Source: Terriglobia bacterium (GTDB lineage Bacteria > Acidobacteriota > Terriglobia > 20CM-2-55-15). Taken from it: a stretch of 64,000 nt of DNA. Each line of letters starts with the position of its first letter. Positions within the stretch are counted from its first letter, which is position 1. The translations under genes were made by a program, and so were the position numbers. The notes beneath the pieces are model-generated. The model was not told the DNA's origin. It did no database searches and was given only the letters and a program-made list of their open reading frames with translations. Below are positions 46,919 through 56,475 of the stretch, one piece after another. Where the stretch lies: the NCBI GenBank assembly GCA_963664115.2, contig CAXWPJ010000010.1:192001-256000 (forward strand), read 5' to 3'.

Positions 46919-47180
46919 CTAGCAAGGTACGGGAACACGCTGCTGCGCTTCATGTGGGACAGCAGCGACGTACAATCGCGTTGCTCTCAGGGGGCCTTCC
47001 TCGCTGGTCGCACATCAAGAGAGAACGACGCCGGGGGGTCCGATGCCAAGTGGGATGGCGCTTCGTTGTCCAGGCCGCCAATATCACCTATCATCACAAA
47101 GCCGCCCCCGACAGATTCCTTGCGGAAATTTTCGGCGCTTGAATTAGCGGCCACATCACGAGAACACTGCGATGCCTAAA

Positions 47181-48337
47181 CTAGTGGTCCCCGTTAAACA
47201 GACTGTAACTTATCAAGATTTCGCCGGCCGCGCTGGACTTTAGCAAGGATGTCGGAAGCCGTTGCAGTCCAGATGAAGGGTTTCGGGTCTTCATTGTGAC
47301 GAGCGAGGTAGTCCTCCACGGCCTGGATCAACTCGGGGACCGAGCGGAAAACGCCACGCCGGAGTCGTTGCTCGGACAGATCCCGGAAAAAGCGCTCGAC
47401 CATGTTGAGCCACGACGCACTGGTTGGCGTGAAGTGCACATGAAAACGCTTGTTACGCTTGAGCCAGTTGACGACTTTCTGATGTTTGTGAGTCGCATAG
47501 TTGTCGCAAATAATGTGGATCTCCTTATCTTTCGGCATGGCGCGTTTGATCTGATTCAGAAACCGGATCCATTCCTGATGGCGATGCTTTGGCATGCAGG
47601 TTCCGATGACCGAACCGTCCAGGATGTTGAGCGCGGCGAAAAGCGTGGTTGTCCCGTTACGTTTGTAATCGTGGGTCATGGTGCCACACCGCCCCTTCTT
47701 CAGAGGTAACCCGGGTTGCGTGCGGTCCAGGGCCTGCATCTGGCTCTTCTCATCGCAGGACAAGACAATGGCGTTTTCCGGTGGGCTCAGATACAGACCG
47801 ACCACATCCTCCAGCTTTTCGGCGAATCGTTTGTCGTTGGATAGTTTGAAGGTTCGTGACAGATGAGGCTTCAGTCCATGGACCCGCCAGATTTTCCCGA
47901 CCGTGGACTCGCTCACGCCAACGGCCTTCGCCATCGAGGCCCGACTCCAGTGCGTCGCGTTCGGGGGCTTCTCTTCCAGTGTCTTCTTGACGATCCGGGC
48001 TCGCTTCCGGCGACTGATCGTGGGAATCCGTCCGCTTCGCGGCGCATCCTTTTCGATCCCAGCCAAGCCCTGTTCCACAAAACGATTGCGCCAGCGGCCC
48101 GCTTTCTGGCGCGTGATCTCCAAGCGGGCGGCGATCTCATAATTGTTCCGACCTTCAGCGGCCAGTAATACAATTCGGGATCGTTCCGCCAACCGGACCG
48201 ATGTACTCCGGCTTCGACTCAGTCGCTCCGACTCCATCCGCTGCTTGTCATCCAATTCAATGGTCGGTGCTTTCCTCATTCTCTATTGGACGTTGGAAAG
48301 CTATTTTAGTTACATTACTTCGAGCGGGGTACACTAG
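47181..48337 (-). mobile_element. IS630-family element, intact transposase 47194-48279
   Basis: 361-aa DDE transposase related to the copy at 12 kb. CTAG at both ends. Confidence 0.93.
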
Positions 48338-48339
48338 TA

Positions 48340-49242
48340 ATGACTCTTGCATTCTTGTTTTCCTTGTGCATCTGCGCATTTTTAGCGGATGCACAGCTCA
48401 ATCTCACCGCGGCGCAGGGCACCGAGGCCCCACAAACCGGAACCCTCGAACAAACCATTCCCGGCCATTATAGGTATGAGTCCGGCGCCCGTGTCAGCGG
48501 GGTCATACTGACAAATGAAGGGGTTGTCGTCGTAGACGCTTTGAGTAGTGGCGCCATGGCGATGCATGAGCGGCAACTGATCGCCGGCTCACTCCAGCAG
48601 CCGGTTCGCTTTCTGGTTTCTTCAACTTTCCACAACAACTATACGCGAGGCAATGTCGCCTATGGCGACGTAGTTAGGATCGGCCATGAAGAATACAAGG
48701 CCGATCTGCTCGCACTGATGATCGAGGACAACGTGCCTTCGGTGGAACAAGAGGCGAGGCTCCCGCATCAAACCTACCGCGAGCGCATGTCGCTCCACCT
48801 CGGCGGCAAGGAGATTCAGATTATCCATATTGGTCCCGCGCACACACGGGGCGACAGTATCGTTTTTGTTCCTGAGGACCGGATTGTCTATGTGAGCGAG
48901 TTGCTTTTTTACAACCGGTTTCCGTGGATGAATTCCGGATATATCGAGTGGATAAACGCGATCGATGCCGTCTTAGATTTGGACGCCGACATTTTCGTGC
49001 CCGGACAAGGACCGATGAATTTCGATGATCCTCGCGATTCGCGGGAGGCGCTCATTCGTTTTCGCCAAATCCTAGTTGATGCACGCGACGCCGTTCAGGC
49101 AGAGATTGAGCGTGGCGCGACGGAAGATCGGGTTGTCGCCAGCGTCCTACTTTCCCAATACGAAGAATTGGGTGGATACCAACAGCAAAGAGAGGTTGTT
49201 GTGCGGCGGATTTATCGCGACTTAAAAGGCACGCTCGAGTAA
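48340..49242 (+). CDS. MBL-fold hydrolase-like exported protein (original start detached by IS630)
   Basis: GVVVVDA, GPAHTRGD and VPGQG. Removing the IS gives MPKLVMTLAF starting at 47172. Confidence 0.75.
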   Translation: MTLAFLFSLCICAFLADAQLNLTAAQGTEAPQTGTLEQTIPGHYRYESGARVSGVILTNEGVVVVDALSSGAMAMHERQLIAGSLQQPVRFLVSSTFHNNYTRGNVAYGDVVRIGHEEYKADLLALMIEDNVPSVEQEARLPHQTYRERMSLHLGGKEIQIIHIGPAHTRGDSIVFVPEDRIVYVSELLFYNRFPWMNSGYIEWINAIDAVLDLDADIFVPGQGPMNFDDPRDSREALIRFRQILVDARDAVQAEIERGATEDRVVASVLLSQYEELGGYQQQREVVVRRIYRDLKGTLE

Positions 49243-49470
49243 GAGCGCCGTGACGTTCTTTTCCGACTTGGGCCCTAGGCACGGCCGCTTGATGGACCTG
49301 CCTGAACGCCGTGCAAATTCGATCTTTCCAACTTAAGTGGACAATGCCAATCGAATATCTACTATGGGTCGGTGGCGGACAGATAACTTCTCAGAAGATC
49401 GTGGTCTGCCCTTTGTTGTTTGCTGCTGAGTAGGACAATAGGCCGAATCAATAATCATCTCAAAATTTAG

Positions 49471-51178
49471 CTAATCCAGAGGTTCAACCCGGATGAGCGT
49501 ACCTTCGAGATTATCCCCAACCCAAAAAGAAGGAGGACTGGTGCTATTGTCCACATCCACCCGGCGGATGTTGGTGGTTCCCGGTAGCAAAAACATGGTG
49601 ACTTCATCGGTTTCGGTGTTGACCCGCGCGACATAATCGTTGGTCATGCCACCCCCCCCAGGCAAATCCGTCCTGGTCGAGGATGGCATCATAAGGATTC
49701 GTCCACGCGACTGGGACCTCCCATTCCCGGAATTCCTCTGCTTTGGTATCGAACATCGCAATTCTGTTCCCGCGAAATTCGCCAAACCAGAGTCGGTCTT
49801 GCGAGTCCATATGTCCTCGCCGGGGACCCGAATTAGGGGTCGGCGTCCGGTAGGGAGTGGAGACCAAGGTTTTGGCATCGACCCGGGTTACGTGATCACC
49901 GCCAAGCTCCATTCCATAGAAGTTATTCATCGAATCAACAGCGACACCATAAGAACCAATTCTACTGGCGGCTTCAACCATGTCAGGTGCGACGCCCTTG
50001 GTATAGTCAATCGCAGTCCACACACCCGATTCTAAATCCACCTGGTATTCCTCAACTCCACCGGTCCAGACTTTACCGTCCACATCAACGCGGGTCGGCG
50101 TGACCATCGCGGTGCGGGCCTCATCACCCTCGTCGAACAGTGGGCTTTTCCAGTGATCGAAGGTTTCCGTATCCCGGTTGAACCGCATGATCACCCCCTG
50201 GTACATCATCCCGAGAAAGATATTTCCTTCCGGATCAAAGTTCATATCGAGATTTCCTCCGGGGACTTCGGGCTTGGTCATAGGGATGGGATACTCAATG
50301 GTCTCTCCGTTCTTCGGATCCAGTTTTCCAAGATATTGAGAACCGAAATCGCCGTACCATACCATCCCGTCCGTATCCACAATGGCATCGTGCGGTAACG
50401 CCTCCGGCCGCGGCAGATCGTATTCCGTCATAATCACACGCGTTCCCTTCCCTGTCGGACGAGGGAGGGTCTTGAGAGGATAATCCCACTGGGATACCTT
50501 GCTCAGGTTAATAGAGCTGGCATACTCGCCAGTCCCTAGGGCCCGCTCACCGATCTCATCTTCCGAAATATTCATGCCACCATCATTGCCGACGAAATTG
50601 GGCCGTATCTGAGGACGCAACGGGGTAGAACCCTGCGCCCAGCCCCTCATTCTGTCCACAACGTGTGCAAAATCATCGGCGTTGTACCGGGACCGGACGA
50701 CCGGTTCCAGGGTATGGCAGGATATGCATCCAAGAAACTGCTGTTTCTCTTCGACAGTACCAGGCATGCTCAACAGCCATTCACCGTTGGAAAGTTGAGA
50801 GGCGATGTCCCCTGCAGTGCGAAGATTCAAATCAAGCTGTGTAGTTTTCTGCGCATCCACCATGATCTGTCCAGGATCCGGCAGTTCATACCCCACTGCG
50901 CGGATGCTGACTCCGTAGGGTCCCGGTTCCAACCGGTCCGAGGGGAAGCTGTATCGACCCTGGGCATCGCTGACCACCGTGACCGTGAAACTGGCTCCTT
51001 CCCGCCTGACAGTTACCAGCACGCCTTCCATGGGTCCTTCCGCTTGCGAGCTAACCTCACCGCTTAACGCCCCCGAAAGTACGGCACCGCTCATCTGTGC
51101 CGTGGCCTGCGCCCAAACGCTGCCACAGGTCATCACCGATAGCGACAAGGCAGCGAACGAATTCCTCAAAAGTTTCAT
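49471..51178 (-). pseudogene. Carboxypeptidase-regulatory-like domain + CxxCH + Vgb-like beta-propeller protein, frameshifted
   Basis: CISCH and PHDAIVD...VWY propeller repeats. The frame changes at a C8 run (49652-49659), which may be a sequencing error. Confidence 0.7.
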
Positions 51179-51755
51179 CTTTATCCCCTCAAACGATAAC
51201 CGCTTCAGATTAACCATAACCATTCTAGATTCGCCCCTTCCCGCTCACCGAAGTAACGCGTGGGGGGACTGCATGTTGATAGCGGGTTGATATCGGTGGA
51301 CCGTATCATATATTAATTTATTAAACCCGCTGCTGTGCTGGAAAATCCAGGCCCCGCACGCATCCGAGCCGGCCTGGCGTGAGTCCATGTGCCGATCGAT
51401 CCCAACCGCTCTGGCTGCCAGGATAAGCGTTGTGCCCACCGGGAGGGCCATAACCTAGGCGAGTAATCGAACGCACCCACAGACCGAATCTGGACGTTTC
51501 GATGGGAACACCTCTCGAGCCGATGCCGGGAGTATTATTTCGGCGGGAAGCTCGACGGATTGTCATGAATTGTTTGAGTAACGACGAGGCCGGAGAGGAG
51601 GAGCTCGTTTTGGAGTGACCATTGAGCGACAAGCTACGGCGGCGTTTGTATTAACCTTGCTCGCAGGTCTGTGATCCGGGAAGCGCCTAGCCACGGGCTG
51701 GTTTTGACCGGCTACCCTACGTATACTGGGTGGCAACTCGGAGGGAGTAAAAATC

Positions 51756-52121
51756 GTGGCCAAATGGAAGTTCTTCCACAAGTACGGGTGAGGGAGTTGC
51801 GAGAAGACGGAAGCGTGGCTTTCGCAAAACGGTATCGCATTTCAGTCGATCGACGTCCTGACGCACCCCCCCTCGATGGAGGAGTTTCAACGCATCGCTA
51901 GTGCCCTCGGAGGTGGCAAAGCGCTGTTGAACTCTGGCAAGGTAAAGGACCTCGATTACAAGGCAAACATTGCCGGTCGTGAGCTCAGCGACGACGAGCT
52001 ATTGCAGATCCTTCACCGCTATCCCGACCTGCTGCACAAACCAATTCTATTCGACGGCGAACGGGCAGTGACCGGCTACGTCCCGGAGGAATTGGAAACT
52101 GTGGTTAAAGCTGCGCCGTAG
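51756..52121 (+). CDS. ArsC/Spx-family redox protein with an in-frame TGA (UxxC), candidate selenoprotein
   Basis: RBS gagggag and GTG start. Reads KFFHKYG-TGA-GSCEKTEAWL...YPDLLHKPIL. Hairpin after the TGA. Confidence 0.8.
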
Positions 52122-52423
52122 GCCGAATGAAGTCGGACATGGCAAATGCCCACTCGGGCCTCGACACAGTAATCTAATGCCGGGGCCGCATCAAAGAACC
52201 TCTGCTCTGGAAGGTCGTCCCTAGCCGCACCCAGCGGCCCGATGAAAGCCGACTGACGAACACCCATGCGAAGGATGCGTCCACAAGTTCTCATCGTGGA
52301 CCTCGCCGAATCACCTATCGACTTGAGGTGATCTTCTAGGACTAATGGGGGTTGAGAATACGGTGGCATTTTCACTGGACAACTACAGGAAAGCGTCAAC
52401 TCCCGTCTTTTGCCCAATTCTCA

Positions 52424-52451
52424 AGGTCCGAGAAGATGATTTCTCAGGACT
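52424..52451 (+). repeat. dif-like site A9 with kinase-tail remnant
   Basis: aggtccgagaa-gatgat-ttctcaggact, with a tail remnant at 52472-52525. Confidence 0.85.
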
Positions 52452-52564
52452 TGAGAATCGTTTTCACGGTCAACTAAGGAACCGGCACCCGTTCATTCAG
52501 TTCTTCAAACCATTTCAGGACGATGAGAATCCGGGGCCGGACAGCCTGGCGGAATCAAAACGGT

Positions 52565-52807
52565 CTAGGAGACTTGGCTTTCGAGGAACGCCCGTCCCTT
52601 GTCTGTGAGCTGAAACATCCCGGCGTCATGGTCGACGGTGACGTACTCGTCCGCAACGAGATCCTCCATCAGTTGCGAGAAAGCCTGATGCCCAGCCTGA
52701 TAAAAGACGAGGCTATGAGTGTGGAGATCCCGCATGGGGATCGAGCCGCCCTTCTTCGTTATGAACTTCAGCAAGCCCTGTCGGGCCGCCTGGATGTCCG
52801 TGCCCAT
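52565..52807 (-). CDS. Small hypothetical winged-helix-like protein
   Basis: 80-aa ORF ending in FQLTDKGRAFLE. Confidence 0.55.
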   Translation of the reverse strand: MGTDIQAARQGLLKFITKKGGSIPMRDLHTHSLVFYQAGHQAFSQLMEDLVADEYVTVDHDAGMFQLTDKGRAFLESQVS

Positions 52808-52838
52808 TTTGCTACCGTTTTGTTATCCTGATTGCACC

Positions 52839-53042
52839 ATGAAATTCAATATTGGCGACAAAGTTCAGCCTATTGGCGACAAAATTCGTTCAGCCTCCGT
52901 TCGTCCAGTCATGACTGTGATCTCCCTCAAAGAAGACCAGGGACTAGTTACCTGCACTTGGCCCTACAAAGGCACAATGAAAGAAAGCAGCTTCGCTGAA
53001 GACGCGCTCGAAAGCTTCCAAGTCCCTAGTCCCCCTGCGTAA
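52839..53042 (+). CDS. YodC/DUF2158-like small protein
   Basis: MKFNIGDKV...PVMTV...VTCTW...FAEDAL. Confidence 0.65.
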   Translation: MKFNIGDKVQPIGDKIRSASVRPVMTVISLKEDQGLVTCTWPYKGTMKESSFAEDALESFQVPSPPA

Positions 53043-53062
53043 CGGGATGATTTCAATTCTCA

Positions 53063-53090
53063 ATGTCCGAGAAGATGATTTATCAGGACT
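53063..53090 (+). repeat. dif-like site A10 with kinase-tail remnant
   Basis: atgtccgagaa-gatgat-ttatcaggact, with a tail remnant at 53103-53142. Confidence 0.85.
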
Positions 53091-53180
53091 TGACCTCGGA
53101 AATTAGGGAACCGGCACCCGTTCATTCAGTTCTTCAAACCAGGACGGAATCAATTCTCAGCTTTCGCCAACAGAGAGCAT

Positions 53181-54271
53181 TCACTGGCTGTGTCGGACCG
53201 CAAAGTCGGACAGTTGTTGGAAATACTGCGGCGGAAATCCGGCTGTCGTCGGGATGTACTTCAAGGCCAGCATGGTGTGGTCAACGTTCGGGAGGACCTC
53301 AATCTCTATCGCTTTGCCGGATCGCGCACGATACTCGGTGAGGAATTCCACGCTATCTGCGGTCTGAACGTTGAGGTCGTTTTCGGCAAAGATATAGAGC
53401 ATCGGTGTGTCGATCAGGTCCAGAAACGGCCTCGGATCGTAAGACCAATCCCCAGCAGGCTGTTCGTAAAAGTCCGCGTCGTAATCAACGAGCTGGGCTG
53501 GAAGGCGGGGAAGTCCCTGATCGGAAAATTCCTCCAGTGCCTGATTGATCGCTTCCCGTTCTGGCCCGAGGGCGTACGCCTCGTCTGATGCCGCCAGGAT
53601 GACGTAGCGCCAGATTCGCTCGCGGAGTACCAACAAATCCTCAAGCTCTGTACCGCTGATGTTCAGTGCCTTCCAATCATTTTCGACTTCGTACAAGTTA
53701 ACGTCGATCCATGATAGCGGAGGGCCCGCGCGATTGATGATGAACGCAATCTCACCAACTGACGCCGCCACCTCTGGGGTACCCCCCCCCCGCTGCTACC
53801 GAGAAGCCCCACGCGATCAGGGGCGATGTCAGTCCGTTGTTGCAGGAACCGAACAGCGGCGATGGCATCGTCAATGAAGTCGCGGTAAGTCGCGTCGCCA
53901 AAATCGCCCTCGGACTCACCCGCCCCTCGCTTGTCGTACACGAGTGCAGCAAGGCCGGCCCTGACGAGCATGTTCGTGTGGATTCTGTAGGCCGCCATGC
54001 CGCGTGTGTGCGGGCCAGAACCGTGCAGAATCACAGCTGCCGGATGCGGACCGTCGGTCTCGCGCTTGACGAGGACGCCCGCCAGTCGAATCTGTCCGGA
54101 CTGGATCGAGACTTGTTCGACGTTTCCGCCGTAGGCCAAGAAGTAATTGAGCCAAGCACCCACAAGGATTAGAAGGACAGTCACGACAACGGCCAGCCCG
54201 ATCCCCAGTCGTTTGAATGTCGCGCTGTGGTTCTTGAGCCAGCTTGGGTTGACTGGCACGCTAGACCTCAC
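53181..54271 (-). pseudogene. Alpha/beta hydrolase, frameshifted at the nucleophile elbow
   Basis: LHGSGP, YDKRGAGES and GLLGSS, then a frame change at a C10 run (53782-53791). AENDLNV and DH lie in the downstream frame. Confidence 0.7.
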
Positions 54272-54520
54272 CCATCCCGCCCTCGCCGATGGCGAAGAGG
54301 ATTGCGTAGTGACCGGGTTGCATTGGATGAATAAGACTACACGTGGGGTTTCAGGTCAATTAAACAGTCACATCTCCGCATAGGGGACGATACAGGGAGC
54401 GCCAGTAGTAGTTATCCAGATCTACGGCCGTTGATCGCGCAACCGCAGCTCTTGCGCGGGGTGGGATGCGGCCCGGAGCATGGTGGGCGCGATTACGGTT
54501 GCCGGGATTTTACGGGTATT

Positions 54521-54967
54521 CTATCGTCCGCGCTGCCGGCGATACTCAGCGAGACGCGCCTCCATTATTCTCAATCGCTCGCCGAGCTGCCCGTTTCCAC
54601 CGCCAACTTCACTCCCGTCAGGCCGCGTGATGAAGGTCCATTCCACCATGTTCGATCCGTCTCGTGACGGGCGGCCCAATATGTGGATTCGATCCCCGGG
54701 CTTGAACTGATCCAACGTCCAGCCTGCTCGCCGGAGATTGATGACGCTGTCTCCCTCCGCCATCCAGGATTCTGTTTCACCTCGCTCATTCGTCACGTCA
54801 AAGTAAATCCGCGAATGCGGGTTGATCGCTCGAAATTCGGTCACCACGCCTTCGATTTCCATGCGCTCATCGACGATGTAGTGTGCCGCGGGGTTATGGT
54901 GGGCGAAGGCGGGCACTGAAACCAGCAGTGCGCCATAGACAAAGGTCAAGATCTTGCCTGTCATCAT
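54521..54967 (-). CDS. DUF6152-like exported protein
   Basis: AHHNPAA, AINPHS and LRRAGW...KPGD. Confidence 0.75.
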   Translation of the reverse strand: MMTGKILTFVYGALLVSVPAFAHHNPAAHYIVDERMEIEGVVTEFRAINPHSRIYFDVTNERGETESWMAEGDSVINLRRAGWTLDQFKPGDRIHILGRPSRDGSNMVEWTFITRPDGSEVGGGNGQLGERLRIMEARLAEYRRQRGR

Positions 54968-54983
54968 CTCACTGTCCTCCACA

Positions 54984-55835
54984 TCAGCGTTGCCCGGAGA
55001 TCGACTCGCAAGGGGCATCCAGCAAATCCACCTCGGGCGTACGGAGTCTAGTATGTTCTAGCACCAGCGGCTCTCGAAACATGACCGGATCGATCAGCGT
55101 GAACTGCATGTGCAGTCGGCGGCCATCCTCGCTGAGGGTGTAGCGCTCAATACTGCTCGCGTTATCGGCGTTGTGAATAGCCAGGTTGTCTTCGGCGACG
55201 TTAGCCGCGACATTCACGGTGTCCACCACCAGCGTAGATCCCTCGTACCGACCAATCGAATGACCCAGCGGGCTCGGTTGTGCGTCTTGTGGATGACCGC
55301 GTCCATCCGTGTAGATGACGCGGTCCGACGCCATGTCTTCTGCCCTGATGACGATGCGGTCGTCGTTCTGCTCGATCAGGATAGGGTCGTTGTGCAGTAC
55401 GGTGCGAAAGGCCCCGAAGTACTCACACTGAATAGAGGGATCGTCGGCGTGGTCGTACGTTGCCGCGTAGTCTGTACCTCCTTCGGTTAACAGAGCTGCA
55501 ATGGCTCGTTGGTTGTGATCGCGGACGGCTTGCCGGATTTCTGCGGCTGACAGATGGTCGTTCTCCGGGAGCAGGAGCTCACGAAGGTGCTCGTAGCTTT
55601 CCCGGGTACAGTTGCAGGCAAAGAGATCCTCGAGGGTCCAATCTGGGTGCTCGACAGAGGTTGTGGTCGTGCTCCACATGCCCGACAGGGCCGGAGGCGG
55701 CTGCTCCTGGGCCCCGGCGAGCGGTATGCCGAGAACGAGAGTGCCCGCGACGGCCGCGCCAAGGAGTTTATGTTTGGCGACCCTCGCGAAGGTACGCAGC
55801 AGCGGGACTCCGCGCGGGGCGATAACGAGTCTCAT
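54984..55835 (-). CDS. Exported hypothetical protein (commonly paired with DUF6152)
   Basis: RVIYTDGRGHP, GHSIGRYEGSTLVVDT and DPVMFREP. Confidence 0.7.
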   Translation of the reverse strand: MRLVIAPRGVPLLRTFARVAKHKLLGAAVAGTLVLGIPLAGAQEQPPPALSGMWSTTTTSVEHPDWTLEDLFACNCTRESYEHLRELLLPENDHLSAAEIRQAVRDHNQRAIAALLTEGGTDYAATYDHADDPSIQCEYFGAFRTVLHNDPILIEQNDDRIVIRAEDMASDRVIYTDGRGHPQDAQPSPLGHSIGRYEGSTLVVDTVNVAANVAEDNLAIHNADNASSIERYTLSEDGRRLHMQFTLIDPVMFREPLVLEHTRLRTPEVDLLDAPCESISGQR

Positions 55836-55968
55836 GATTCCTCAATGACGGACAGTTCCGTTTCTGAGTCGATTTTACCTGACTCGGCCACGGATTGGCC
55901 CGCAAATTCGATGCTAGAGGTTGATTTTCTGCTTGCCGATACAGACCACCCACACGTGATATCGCCCT

Positions 55969-56328
55969 AAGTGCTTCTGCGATCTGAAGTGCGAGTTTCA
56001 GAGACTCTTCAACCGGGATAGCCCCACGGCCAACACGATCTGCCAGCGTGTCACCTTCCACGAGTTCCATGACAAGGAAGTGGGTTCCATTGTCTTCTTC
56101 AAACCCGTGAATGGCAGCAATGTTTGGATGATTCAGCGAGGCCAGGAGTTTGGCTTCACGCTCGAACCGGGCAAGGCGATCTGTATCCTTGGCGAACTCT
56201 TCTGGCAGAGTCTTAATAGCAACCTCACGCCCCAACTTTGTATCCTTCGCACGCCACACTTCCCCCATACCTCCTCTTCCAAGGAGCGTTGAGATCTCGT
56301 AGTGGCCGAGTTTGGTTCCGGATTCCAT
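55969..56328 (-). pseudogene. Ser/Thr kinase N-terminal remnant (about 120 codons)
   Basis: Near-identical to the start of the intact kinase up to QIAEAL. Lacks HRD and DFG. Confidence 0.85.
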
Positions 56329-56435
56329 GTTTAACGTGTGTCGCCAAAAGGAACGGCGAAATTCTGGTAAGTCTATCTACATGGGAGGGTTATTGGCAAG
56401 GAAAGGGTCAACTCCCAAAATTTGGCCAATTCTCA

Positions 56436-56463
56436 ATGTCCGCGAAGATGATTTCTCAGGACT
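56436..56463 (+). repeat. dif-like site A11
   Basis: atgtccgcgaa-gatgat-ttctcaggact, 12 bp from the stop codon of the intact kinase. Confidence 0.85.
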
Positions 56464-56475
56464 TGACCTCGAAAA

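Noticed and set aside
45625-47142. Long + strand ORF (505 aa) and similar antisense ORFs over IS256, groEL and the dioxygenase
   Set aside because: These are shadow frames opposite well-supported genes in GC-rich DNA.
53063-53341. Recurrent small ORFs reading EKMI(S/Y)QDL...
   Set aside because: They are translations of the repeat site and the antisense kinase tail, not genes.
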